From Antedon mediterranea (Eukaryota > Animalia > Echinodermata): DNA of 64,000 nt. Below are positions 1 through 13,600 of this stretch, piece by piece. The notes beneath the pieces are model-generated. The model saw only the letters and a program-made list of their open reading frames with translations, was not told the DNA's origin and did no database searches. The translations under genes were made by a program, and so were the position numbers. Within the stretch, counting starts at the first letter, position 1. Every line of letters starts with the position of its first letter. Where the stretch lies: positions 26,492,871-26,556,870 of the forward strand of contig NC_092676.1 of NCBI RefSeq assembly GCF_964355755.1, in the 5' to 3' direction.

Positions 1-2427
1 AGTCACAGGGGTATGAATTGGCAAAAAGGTATGGGCTGGGATTACACTCAGATTGCAATCAAGTCTTGAGGCCAAATTTAGGGAATGGGACAATACTTGA
101 ACATGGGATTATTTTCGGTCATACTGCAACTATAAAGTCTATAGAGTCCATCAATCGAGATTTGTTTATTATTATATTCAAGCATATTGGATCATAATGG
201 TATAACATTATATGTACTGTAATGCCTTATTTTAGTTTCAACCCGAGTTGCTATAAATCTTACACACTGTATGATAGTAATTCTAACATTGTTAAAACTT
301 TTAACCGGAATTATAAATACTGTACGAATATTATTATTTTACTTCCAGGAGATATTAACTGTAAATCCTGGAGATTTCGCGCCAGGGAAATCCTGGAGAT
401 TCCAGGGAAATCCTGAATTTTGGAATAAATAATTAGATGCTAACCTCAAAATGTAAGGTCTCACGATGGTACAGTATGAGTTTCTGGAATGATGTGGGTG
501 TAGTTGGTGGAATGATTCTCTCAACTATTCCAGAATTGACATATCAGAGCTATTTTTTTCAAAACCCTGTATCTCAACAAAATATAATTTTACACGGCTT
601 AAAGATGTATTGTCCCCCTAAAAAAAATAATTCTTAACAACGTTTTTGTTGAATATGCCATTTTAATGTAACATAATAGTTATCCACTTTGACCAAAAAA
701 TGGATTGAAAAAAAATGTATTTACCTGAAAAAACTGTAATTTATAGCAAAAAAAACGGTCAAAGGTTCAATTTAACCATTTACTTTGTCATTGTATAAGT
801 GAAAACATTATTTTTTTTCTACTGAAGTGGATTAACTTTATTGAAACTACAAAATAACATTAAAAGTCTGATTTAATTAATCTTCATGTTTTTGGGGGAC
901 AATACATCTTTAAAGTTGATCTGGCTTTGTAAATAACATAAGAAACTGTTGACATAATCTTGTTGACATTCATTATACTGTATAATATACCTCTTTTATT
1001 GATCTCTACTCAAGTCGGGGTGAAATTTCTTTACGTCTGGTTGATTTCTACAATAGCTTTAAGAATGTGTCTTGCTATACATTAAACTGTCTTTTTAAAT
1101 AATAATGAATTGTGAAAAAAAAAACCTGTTGTTGCTGATGAAATATCTGACTCATGTTGGAAATTCCTGATTTCTTGGTAATGTTGACAGTAGGCCTATA
1201 GTCTATCATACTTAATTGACACACCCCATAAGTGCGACAGGAATGACAAAACAAAAGCATGGATTTTTTATTAGGAATTTCTACAATTGTTCTTATTTCA
1301 AAGGCATCCAACAGCGAGAAACCCACCGATTAGAGGATGGATAAATTATTTTATAATTTATCGTGCTTATAAACTAATCGATTGAGGCTTAGGAAGTGGA
1401 TTTGAAAGCGTTGTGAGTTACAACTCTGGCACTTGGGATTGGAAGGCAGGTTAACCAAACTGCACTCTGGATTTGAACAAATAACATTTTTATTCTGTCA
1501 AAAATAAATATAAAAAAAAATAGTTCTTAATGTCATTTTAACTGTCAAAAGGGGAAAGCATGACCTGAGGATTACCCCTGGATCCGCCCCTGGTATATCT
1601 TTACAGACTATGGGTCAGATGTTATGATTTAAAATTAGTTTAAAGCCATTCTACACTCATTGAACATGATTACCAAGAATTTGGTTTGAGTCATTCATTT
1701 GAGTTTCAGAATAGAGCATGTGCCTTTACTTTTTCTGTCTGATTTTTTTTTTTTAATTGATAAACCAGCACACAGATTTATTTTTAAATCAACATAAATC
1801 ATTCAAGTAGACACGCGTGTCAAAACTGTCAACATTGTATTAAGCCATTGAACAAAATGATAAATATGATGATGATAAAACAAATATCAGATAAAGAGAT
1901 TATTTCTACTTAGGAATTCCAATGTCAGAGTTCAGCTACTTTGTATAATGGAGGGTGAAAGTTCAGGTGCAAGAAAGTAGATTGGTCAGGGGAAATGAAA
2001 GGGAATTCCCCTACTTGAGTTGGCTGTTATTAGCACTATAATACATTTGTCTGCCTAAAGCCTAATGAAAACCTACAATAAAGTAGCAATGAGCTGTTAC
2101 ACTGTCAATAAAAATAAAGAATTGAGAATTGATACACGCTATTTATAATAGTTAATTGAAACACTACTGTAGACCTATATTTATATTAAAGTAGCTATAT
2201 TGGAATAATATATAAAAATACACTATTTCATTTGAGATGGAATGGCAAATTCAGTGTATAATATAAGTTTTATAAATTTCGTTGTCTTCAGTAAAAAATG
2301 TAGAAAAAAGTAATATATTAATTTTTCAGAGCAGATTTCACTCAGTTTATAAACAAGTTCAATGCAATTGCGCTAATGTATGATAAACTCAACAAAATAA
2401 TACTTAGAACCTATCAAATCAAATTTA

Positions 2428-2853
2428 CAGAGGACCGTCCCTTATCACACTGATCGCAAGAACCTTAAATGGAGGACAATCCCTTATCACAAGAACCTTA
2501 TATGGAGGACCGTCCCTTATCACATTGATCGCAAGAACTTTAAATGGAGGACCATTCCTTATCTTACAGATCGCAAGAACCTTAAGTGGAAAACCGTTCG
2601 TTATCACACTGATCGCAAGAACCTTGAGTGGAGGACCGTCCCTTATACTACTGATCACAAGAACCTAAGTGGAGGACCGTCCCTTATTACACTGATCACA
2701 AGAACCTAAGTGGAGGACTGTCCCTTATTACACTGATCGCAAGAACCTTAAGTGGAGGACCGTCCCTTATACTACTGATCACAAGAACCTAAGTGGAGGA
2801 CCGTCCCTTATTACACTGATCGCAAGAACCTTAAGTGTTGGACTGTCCCTTAT
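2428..2853. repeat. ~41-42 bp minisatellite, ~10 copies (GGAGGACCGTCCCTTATYACACTGATCGCAAGAACCTTAAGT)
   Basis: Direct head-to-tail repeats with no unique spacers. Confidence 0.95.
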
Positions 2854-3051
2854 TAACATTAGATAGCCATATTAGGAAGATAAGCATTTCCCATCTTATA
2901 CAACTTGAAATGATTGCCAACTAGGAAATTCATTTGAAGTAGGTATCCTGTGCAGGGTTGAGAAATACTATAATGTATCATTATTCTACCTTGTTACTAG
3001 ATACCTAAGTAGGGTGGGAGAACTGTACTTGCCAAATTTAAAGACTATAGG

Positions 3052-3407
3052 CAGGCCCGTAGCCAGAATGCATCAGAGGGGGGTTTCCTTGACACCACTT
3101 ATTTTGGGAGCGCAGCGAGCAACTGTAGGGTGGGGGCCAGGGGACCAACCGAGCAATTTCGGTTGTTTTAATCAGCTTACAGAGACATTTTTTACCTACT
3201 AAAATCTGAGTTATGCAGAAATTATATAGTACGTACACTACAGTATTATGGAAGTTAGTAGTCAATAGAAGTAAAATGACCCAAAAATCTGCTATAATTG
3301 ATAATTAATTGCATGATTTTGGAAGTGGGGCCTTTGTTTTTCAAGGGGGATTCGCTGGTAAAAGGGGGGGGGGGGTTCTCGCAAAAGGAACCCTGGCTAC
3401 AGGCCTG
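3052..3407. mobile_element. Non-autonomous DNA transposon (MITE), CAG...CTG termini, hAT-like
   Basis: Left end caggcccgtagccag and right end ctggctacaggcctg form an inverted repeat. No clear TSD seen. Confidence 0.6.
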
Positions 3408-5912
3408 TGCAGTATGTAGCAATTTTAATATTAAATTATTAATATTAACTTATCTACATTTAAAAAACATCAACGAATTGTTCAATGAATTTTAAAATTT
3501 CAGCATGGGTTAAAAATGTGCCCAGTCGTGAGATTGCTCAGTTATATCGACTTCCATTTCGCATCTCCCGACACTTTGTCATAATATTCTTTCGGGAAAT
3601 GCACTGATAATTTGTATAAACAAAATGCACGTTATTCACTAATTGCCATGAATTCATTCCTCTGTACATTACCTACATTATTTACGAGTTTGGAATTCAC
3701 AATGGGAGTTACACAATTCGTTCGTTGACCTCTGTGTGTGTACGTTATTTGCTAGGATAGGATAACACGTTTCGATTCAGAATGAAAACAAACACATATT
3801 TCTTCCTACTCTTTAGAGTAAGAAAACATCAACCTACAACATTTTCGCATCAACCTTGTAAAAGTTGTAAGATTGTTTGGAAAATAATCGATGACTTTTA
3901 TTACACTGTAAATGACGGAACATTTCATCATCTAAATGTTAATTCCCAATGATGATGTACCACCTGATTAATAACAACACATATACATATAGCGTGCCAA
4001 TTCAAACGTTTATCAAAGGCTGAGACTGAGCAAAATCAGTAACAATTCTGAATTAAGTTCTTCTTTTCCCAGAGTAATTTGAAATAAATCAAATAATTTT
4101 ATATAAAGATAATATAATTTACTGTTAAGGATTAATCGATTTTCAACGACCGACAAACAAAATGTCACGTTAGTACATTGTGCACATGTGGGAATATTAG
4201 GACGTGTGTCCTCGCTCCTCACCTCGACACAGGTTTGATGGTTTCTAGAATCAGGCAACGACTGACGACATATCAATTGACTTGACCTAGGTTTCGGTCG
4301 CGCAAATCGAAAGCTTCCTAGGATTACCTATTCAGTTCAAAAGTGCCAGAGCTGATTGCTTAGTGGAACGAAAAACTTACTAATGCTACGGATTAGACAA
4401 AGGAACAAATTAAAGAAATATATAAAAATAGTATAATTATGTTTCGTGAACCTTTATTTTTACATCGTAAGGCCAGGATAGTAATTAGTAATTAATATTC
4501 TAAAACCAGTAAGTTGATTCTTAATATTAAATATATACAATTATTCATTTACATATTTACATATTTTATGTCCTAAATCACAATTATGCTGGTACATTTT
4601 AAAAACGGGGAATTTTTTAAACAAAGAATATTATCTATAAAAATTTAATTTTTTTTCAATTTCAAATTTCTAGTGCAAAACATCCCTGTGAAGCAATCTG
4701 GAAACTACATATTGGAATACTGAATACAATAATACAGTGTAATTTCTCATTTGAGAATCCAGGTCTAACAATTATTTTCTTCTTGCTCTAAAATCTTGAC
4801 AATTTTGATATATTTTGAAAAATGGAATTTTTAATCAATCTCCTCTTTTGCAAATCACAATAACATGGCATATGGCACAATGTCTATACAAGACATGGCA
4901 TATGGCACAATGTCTATACAAGACAGGGCATAGTGTCCATTAAAGGCATGGCAAAACAACTCATATCATTTTCTAATCTATGACATTTTTACCATTGATT
5001 TTGATTCATTATAAACAATTGTATAAAAATTTAAAATGATCGATTGCAAAATAAATAAAATTGTAGGATAAAAATTGGTTCACATTGTTAACGTATTATT
5101 TACAATCAATGCTTATACACAAAACAGAAAATCTCTGAGTATGCGATACCCTGGATGTTCACCAGGAACGTAACTGAAACTGTGTCACAACAGCAAAACA
5201 AAACTACTCTATATTTGTATCATCTAATGTATATATTATTTAGAATAGAAACAACCTTTTTAGATACCGTAAAAATATTTCTTTTTTATTAACGAAAATT
5301 ACCAATAAATGCACTGATTATTAATATTATGAACTCAATTATTTTTATTATAAAAAAAGACTAATATTTTATATACAGTATATATAATTTAGAAAAACCT
5401 TCAAATAATGACAAGGACAGCATGATTCAACATTCGATCTTATAATCATTATTTGAGTACAGTATATTAATCACAAAATCAATTTATGTTTTGCAGAAAA
5501 TAAATTATGAATTTTATAAAATTATTAATAATTATTTAGACTTGCAATAAAAAACACAAGTATACTGAATGTGTTGCCTCTCCCCAATTTATTTTCTTGA
5601 TTAATATCTGATCCTTTTCGACCCTATTGTTGTAAATTAATGTCCACTATTACAAGGAATTTTACTGGTTTGAAAGATCTTACAATTCTAGCCAAGAACT
5701 CCTAATTTAGAAATAAAAATTTCCCAATCTAAAAATAGAGTGCTTGTACTGTAGTGGATCAAAGCAATGACATCACAGGACCATTTGTTGCCAACAGACA
5801 ACACAAAAAAAAAATGTAATTTACAACTCAAAATTTAAATAAATAGCATTTCCGGTAGGTATTAGTATCAATAACACATGCTATTGTGATGACATCATTT
5901 TTAATGATTCTC

Positions 5913-6298
5913 GCCACAAAGGGAGTTATAATCTGAAAGTAGCAACGAAAACATTTTTTTCGGGGTAAATACTCAGCCTAAAAAATGTAAATTTCAGAAA
6001 AAAGTTCTAAATACTCACAAATCCTTTTTGAATAAACGACGTATTTTAAACTTTTTTTTATGTTCAACCTTGTATATAACAAGGTCCGATTTTTCCTTGC
6101 CACAAAGGGAGTTACTTACAATCTCAAAGTAGCAACAAAAACAATTTTTTGCAAAGTAAATACTCAGCCTAAAAAATGTAAATTTCAGAAAAAAAGTTCT
6201 AAATACTCACAAATCCTTCTTAAGACTTTTTGAATAAACGACTTATTTTAGACTTTTTTTTATGTTCAACCTTGTATATGACAAGGTCCGATTTTTCC
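5913..6298. repeat. ~190-bp tandem duplication covering the last codons and proximal 3'UTR of SEFIR gene 1
   Basis: 5913-6098 and 6099-6298 align (gccacaaagggagtta...aaggtccgatttttcc). Confidence 0.9.
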
Positions 6299-8928
6299 CG
6301 GCCAAGTGCCTTATTAATGACGGTAACAAACTTGTCCTGTAACTCCGATGGAAAATTCACAAGGTACGGCGGCAGAGACGAGACAGACATGGACTCGCTC
6401 AAGCATATCGGAATGAAACGTTTGTTCTGCTTGCCATTTTCCTTGAACTCGCTATCCAGCAAGCAATTGATAAATCTAGAAAACACAATAAACAATTATT
6501 GAACATTTACTTAAAATAGGGTGTTAATATGATAGTCGGCAAGGTTGGCAGGCTTTGATAAAAATTAATTTAGTATCTTACTGAATATTCATGAGAGCCT
6601 TCGACTGATCGTGTCCTTTTAATTCACGCATGTAATCTTCGCACAGCAAACACAAAATGTAATCACACTATAAAAAATGACAAAGAAATTAAATATAATT
6701 ATTAAATTAACCCATAATTATGTACCTTTTATTAATGTTTGTCTTTAGTTATTTAAAATGGTAACATGTGACAAACCAAAAGTTTCTGCATGTCGCTTTA
6801 TACCTGGATAAACCAACAATAACCTAGTATTCTCACAGAGTGGAGCACCAAAATTCGAATATATATAAATAATTAAACACCCCTATCAGAAAATGGCACA
6901 CATCATCATATATGTATCCTAATTGTAGCACTCTTCTCTGATAGAAACAAGCCAATGTTGGTTTATCTGAGTAAGCTAGATTTCAAATGGTGTGTACAAC
7001 ATACGTTTTCAATGCCCTTTTTCAGCATGTTTTGAAAATCTTCTTTTGTGGTATGTGTTTTATCTTGCTGTACAACTGAGCTTTTGACGTCCGTCAACAC
7101 GCAGTATCCCTCCTCTTTTAAAGCCTTGTGGATCCGTGGGATATACTTGCTGCAGTCAGCCGAATATGTAATAAACACAGTACCTTGGTATACTGAAATA
7201 ATTTCATTAAGACTTACATATCCATAACAAGATAAATAAACTGTAATTCATATGCATACAACAGCCAAAGACTCGCTAATTACATGAAAAATAAATTTAT
7301 CTTTTTTATCATGCAATATAAATAAAGTCTTGTTATACAGGTCAGGATTGAACCCTAGACCTTGGGCTTGGAAGGCATGTTAATCACCAAGCTACCACAT
7401 TATATAACAATCTATTTACCTGGTTCAACTGAACGAAGGCCTTCTCCCCTGTAATGATAGACATTATGTTCGATTGAGTTTGATTGTGCTGGTACTTCAT
7501 GGGTTGGTGGCGACCTTAGTGCATTTTGGTTTGAAGATGGCCAAGTCCTAATTGTATTAGAGCTCAACCTATCATTCATTTTAGGCCAAGTCAAGAACTG
7601 GTTTGAACCACAACTGTTATCTGTTACCTTGTCCAAAAACGTTGACTGTGTCTGCGGGTCGTTTCGTCTTGGAGAAGACTCTGAATGTGGGTTGGTAGGT
7701 CTGGAAGCGTCTTGAGAACTTGTCCGACTCCATGAGGGCGCTGCACATGGATTGGCAGACTCGCCTCCAGTTAGAGAAGACATATGTTGGTTTTTTGTTA
7801 AGTCTACTGAGCAGACATTACTGGTAAAACTTAAACTGCTTTCTGTGTACAAGTTAGGCCTATAATGAGGCGTGTTCATATAGCTGCTTTCACTCGTGCG
7901 ATCTGTGGAGCCATCTAGTATCTTTGGAGACCTGTTGAAATTCATAGGTTGTACACTCAGCCAAGAACTAGAACCTGGACCAGGTAATGCTTGCCAATCC
8001 ATTGGCTGTGCAGGGGGTTCCATACTGGGTCTATGACTCTGCTTAGAAGCATGACCCAGTAAACCGCCTAAAAAGAATCGCATTCATTAGTTTTTATTGC
8101 ACAGAAAGAGAGGCATAACTAATGGGATACTATGACCTACTATTGTACCTCGATCCAGTGACAGATCTAGCAGGGGCCCCCTGGTCTCCAGTCATCAATG
8201 GACCCGCTTTGGAGCAAACCGACTGGATCTGCCCCTGCTATCGTAAACACATTACCAGAACAGCATAATTTGATTTTTAATCAACATTAATTCATAAGTG
8301 AGTCTAGCCCCAGTGGTAAAGGCGAATGCTTCGTTTTCCGTACCTAAAGAGCCAACAATATCAGCATAGGTTAGATGGCCTACTCGCTCCTAGTTCTGGT
8401 GGTGGAACAAGACTTCTTAGATAAGGACTATAAACCATAGGTTTGGTGTACACAGTTACAACCCATGTGCACCCAGTTCATCATTTGTAGGGGGTTACTC
8501 CGGTGAACTGATTCACAAAATAGTCCCTGTATAAAATAAGCTTACCATCCCACAATTCTTTAATTTCTTGAATAATATCATATCTGTTCATCGATTGTAA
8601 ATGAACAATCAGATCCCTGACGGTAACAGAGCCTTGATTTTGCATCCACTCAGTCAGTACAATACTCGTCGGCGATGCCTTCTCTCTTTCAGCCTTATAT
8701 TTAATAGCCTGTGGCAAAAGATAAACAGGTTTAGTAAATGTAGTTATTGCAGAAGAAATAATTTGACATTGCTCCAAATAAAAAGCATTATTAATATACC
8801 TTTGAATCAAAATGACTTGTTCCATTGCAGTGGTATGCCAGAACTGTCCAGTCTCCGGTGGTCTCTAACTTTGAACCAATTTTGATCACAGCCTGTGGCG
8901 AGAGTTTTTTTATTTCTATATCATCCAT
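6220..8928 (-). CDS. Death-domain + SEFIR adaptor protein (Act1/CIKS-like, 'CIKSL' architecture), gene 1, ~489 aa, 6 coding exons
   Basis: Exons 8928-8800, 8708-8546, 8067-7420, 7192-7005, 6667-6582, 6475-6220 join in frame through GT-AG introns (1470 nt). Death domain: MDDIEIKKLSPQ...GDWTVLA...SPTSIVLTEW...TVRDLIVHLQSMNRYDII. Ser/Pro-rich linker. SEFIR motifs VFITYSAD, CDYILCLLCEDY, FINCLLDSEFKENGKQNKRFIPI, LPPYLVN parallel human Act1 VFITYSMD ... IEFIKQGSMNFRFIPV ... VPTWLQN (recalled, not aligned by tool). Confidence 0.85.
8305..8510 (+). mobile_element. Degenerate SINE-like remnant in an intron of gene 1
   Basis: tRNA A-box-like head (gccccagtggtaaaggc) and a gataaggactataaacc core resembling conserved invertebrate SINE domains. 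Confidence 0.35.
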
Positions 8929-9886
8929 GTCTGTTCAAAAATCTGAAAATAACAATAAAAATTACTATGAGACTCTCTGGGTTCAATGAATCAATATGCA
9001 CTATTCAGGCTTTGTTATTTACCCTTGAAGTAAGTTGGTGACCAACCCAGCAATATTAACTATAATTAGGCATGAAAACAACTTTTACTCTGCGCATTTA
9101 AAGCCCACTTGACGTTTCCCTAGATGATGGTGGTTTGTGAGGATGCTCCCAATTGAGGGCATGCATGGACTGTACCATTAATGAAGAGCAGTGTTTAATA
9201 AATTTTCTATCGGTTTATCCAAGTAAGCTAGGCACAAAATAGACTGTATAAAAAGAATGTACAAAACTAATTTGGTGTTTACTGAAATCATACTTCCAAC
9301 GATATGCTAATTTGACATGACGTATAACGCAATACATGGTTGGTTTTAGAACTTTCATGTATTTCCAATGCACGGCAAACAAACCATCACACAATAGTCT
9401 GTGCTGACTTCTGATTGGTCAAGTGACGACAAATCATTTTTTATGTCCCCTAAAAATGCATGTGACGAAATCTAAGCATTATGAATATGATTATGAATGC
9501 GAATATTTGTTACTATGTTATTTTGTTCCAAAGAACTAATTATTGTCGTTCATACATCTAAACTCACTAGTGTATCTATGATTTTGTATCTGGATCTCTT
9601 TGCGCAATTTCAATCAAATAGTGATGCTGCAACATTTGTGTTAAAAACAATAAAATGAACGCCTACATGACCTAGTATTTAAAAAGGCACAACAACAACC
9701 AATCAAGAAAAGCAAGGCAAAAAGGCCTTCTTTATAGCTTACTATTATCTAATATACGGTGCCTAAAAGGCCCTCTATATTTAGTAGCAGCAGGCCTAGC
9801 CTCCTAGGTCTAGCTTTTTGTTTGATGTCTATTATAATTTAGTTGGCTTATTTATACTAGGAAAAAAACATTTATTTATTCATTAC

Positions 9887-10341
9887 CTTATTATTTATGA
9901 GCCACATGCAGAGAGAGTGTCATGATACTATACGAATGTTAACTAGCCTAGCCCATAGTATAGGGCCCGTTTCGACTTATTAACCCTTTAGGCCTTGTTG
10001 CTCTTCTTTTTCTACTTCTCTACTGAACGAACGGAGAGCAGTTATGGTGCGGTATGTGTTCACACGATTAAGTATTTCGTTCAACCAAAAAGGTTCCAAC
10101 TTCCGGGTGTGATTGCAATGTTATTGTTAGTTTCTGGGTTTTGATTGGCAGAACACTACCACATGATCAGTAAACTGAGTGCGCAATCAACCGTACCAAG
10201 TTCAGTTCACACACACACACCACCACCATCAATTAAACGTAAACAGCGCGATGGATGACGGACTCAATTTTGCACGGGTGTTGCTTTTTTATTAGAATAA
10301 AATTGCAATATTAGTGGTAAAATATGGGGTTTAACAAGTGG
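9887..10341. promoter_or_regulatory. Putative bidirectional promoter and 5'UTR exons shared by SEFIR genes 1 and 2
   Basis: The two genes diverge from here. Candidate splice donors at 9886 (- strand, ag|gtaatg) and 10342 (+ strand, gtgagt). ETS-like acttccgg near 10099 and CCAAT box (gattgg) near 10143. Confidence 0.5.
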
Positions 10342-10682
10342 TGAGTAAACATAAATATAATATACAAGAGTATGTTTTGTTTAGCTAGGCCTAGACTTCA
10401 CTAAGACAAATGGATCTCCAGACAAACAGAGACAGGCTCAGTTTAGGACTAGGTAGGTAGGTAGTCGCTGTAAATGAAGGTGGTATACATTTTTAAATAT
10501 GTTTCAATTTACTATGAGTATATTCGGGCCTCTTTTTAGATAGTGAAAGTAGAGAAAGATATTCCTACAATTTCATTAAAACAATTTTTTTTTAAAATTA
10601 TAATATTTTAGGCTAGGCTAGCCCATTATTTTTATTAAAGAATGTGTCTAAATTTTTTTGTTCAGATACCGACGATTAAATT

Positions 10683-13600
10683 ATGGAAGATATACCGATA
10701 GATGACTTAAGCCCACTGGCAATGCAAGAATTGTCAAAACACCTTGACAGGGCAGAGTGCGAAGATAAAACATGGCGGGAATTTGCTGGTTATGCCTATG
10801 GCGCTACCTTTGACAATATTCTGGTAAATAAAATAATTATATATTATTATATAGGAATAACTGATGTTTTTACTTGATGGAAGAATTCAAATTCACAGTA
10901 TCTTATAAATGTAATCAGTATCACAATGTATTTCATGAAATAAAATGACAAAAAAAGTTTACCATTTAAAGTCTTAAAGTCTCCCAACTTTTTTAAATTC
11001 TCTTCCTTTAGATATCCGACTTGCTTAAAGCCTGTTTTCCTGTCGACGTTGAGTTTAAAATCGTTAAAGTTGAAAATAAAATAGCGATGACGATGATCGA
11101 GTCGGACCGCTAATATTTACACATTTTTACGCGATCGTTCATAGTTTCTTGGTTCTCTCGAGCGTTGCTGGGACACGCGGACGTGAGTGTTGCAAAACTA
11201 AGGCCGGCCACGCGCACCCGGGACCGCGTGAAAATTGAAAAAGTTACGGGTTTTGATGCTTAAACCCAGCCTAGGACATGCTTTCGTTGATATCTTAATC
11301 TAGGCTTACACTAAAGACAAACATTAAATTTAATTGGTTTAATATTATAATTTAATTTGACTTACACTTGTTTTTTTTAAATATCAGACCTTAAAAGTGT
11401 ACAAAAAAGGTGAAAAACATCGTCGCGTTGTAAACATTCAGGAATTGTCAGCGCGTACCTTTTTTTCACAAACTGCAATGACGTAATTTGTGGACCATTT
11501 GATTGGTCAGTTTTAACGATCGTAACGATCGTAATCGTTAAAGTTGAATCGAGTTCAACTTTAACGATTTAAGATTTTAACGATTTTCAACGTTAATTTT
11601 TACCCCCTTTTCCTGTTAAATCGTTGAATATGTCAACTCAACGCAACTCAACGTAACTTAACGTCGACAGGAAAACAGGCTTTAGCTTACTGTTCCTTCA
11701 AATTTTTGCTGAAGAACCATCTTTTGTTTTGCTTCCTTTTTCCTATCTTTTCTTCTGATATGGCCAATTTAATTTAATTCATTTAATTTTTTATTAATTT
11801 TTTATTTATTTATATTTATTTTATTTATTTTATTTTTAAACTAATTTGTACTTTATTTTATCTTTAAAATTCTATTTATTTTGATTCAAATTTTTGTTAC
11901 ATGTTTATGTCTCGTCATGTTGTATTTTTGTGGGGGTCTTGAATGATCAGCTTTGGCTGGATGGACCACCCTCGTAAAATATTGTTGAAATAAATAAATA
12001 AATTGAAGCGATTTTATAAATTAAAACAAAAATAATGAATTTGAATTTTTATGAAATCATTTTTGTCAGTTACATTTGGTTGAGTGAGTCTTACAAATTT
12101 ATTATTCAATGTTCAATTCGTAGAAAATTTCAATAGATAATTGCTTTAAATACCACAATACTTAGTCACCTCCTAAATGACAGCAGTACACTATTGTTAA
12201 GTGGGTAATATAATAATATAACAATATATCAAAATCAGTTTGTACTGTACCTAATAGTATAATTTTTATTTTTATTTATAAATAAATAGTTTATAACTTA
12301 ACTTATTATCCCTTGAAATTATATATTCATTTAATGAAATGAAATTCATACTTAAATTGCCCTTTTGGAGTTAAAGTTAATAGACATTTTTCTATTAAAA
12401 ATTAAATCTTTTGTTGCGAAATTGGTTACACTAATTCTAAAAAATCATCTTTTATGTGAAGTATGTTTTCTTGAATGTACTTACAAATATTAGAGACAAA
12501 CAGTAGATAACATACACAGTACATTTTTTAGAGTTCTGACATACAGGTAGTTGGAAAACAATTTTTATTTAGTTTACGGAAAACAACTTGATTAATCGAC
12601 CATGAATTACACAACCATGATTCTTGCACTTACAGTTACACTTACAAAAATAGATGAAGTTGAACTTTAAACCAACAAACAAAAGCTAACAGACAAACCA
12701 TGCATTAGTATTCATGAGACGCATTCAATCAACTGGAACTGAAAAATCAAAGATTTCCGTTGTATAAACAATTCCGGATTTAAAGGAAGACTTTAATTGT
12801 CTATCCGCAACTAGCTGATAATAAGTCTTAATTTATCTGACAATTATGTAGTAAATCTGTCATTAAATTCTGTCTACATGTTACCTGTATGCATTTCTCT
12901 GCTTTAAAAGCATACAGAGTTCATTAACAGTTATTTCTCTATTTTAAAAGCCGTTATAACTGAAACGCAGTATTTTCAGTGAGTCCAACATACAGTTCAA
13001 GTTATTTTACATTACCGTGTATAGTGTATCCTAGAAAATTGTTCCCAAATCCCGAAACAGGGGGAGTGCAAACATAATAATATTAATACTCTGTAAAAAA
13101 TAGATATCAAAAAAGTAGTTCATAATCTCGTTTTAGCTGTCAAAAGACGAGCGCACACCTAACGCTATCCCCCCCCCCCTCCCCCCAAAAAAAACAGAAT
13201 TATAAATGTATACTGTCGTTTAAAATAGTACTGTTGCTGTACTGTATGTCATTTGATTTAGTTTTTGGTAATTGGAAGGGGAGCAGAATTACTGTTTACT
13301 TTACTTTTTACTTTATTCATTTAGCAATACATTTTAAATACATAAAGAATTAATACAAAAAATTTGGATTTAAAAAAGAATGAAATCAAAGTGAATGGAT
13401 GCAAGGACGACGCATAAAATCAACAAGTCAATTTATTTCTAATTTCCATTGTTAATAATAAAGTAAACACTCAACTCCCCCAAAACCAGACCGACCAAAT
13501 TGTCTAGTTATCAGTTGGAGAATTATGGGGGATTTGAACCATAACCACACAAACTTTTCTTTTTTTCAGGAGATTGAAAGTAAACCGTCTTCACCGACCT

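Noticed and set aside
2425-2658. 77-aa repetitive ORF
   Set aside because: It is a by-product of the 41-42 bp minisatellite.
1-5900. Protein-coding gene in the first 5.9 kb
   Set aside because: Only short low-complexity ORFs, and I could not assemble a recognisable exon chain. Small or non-coding exons cannot be excluded.
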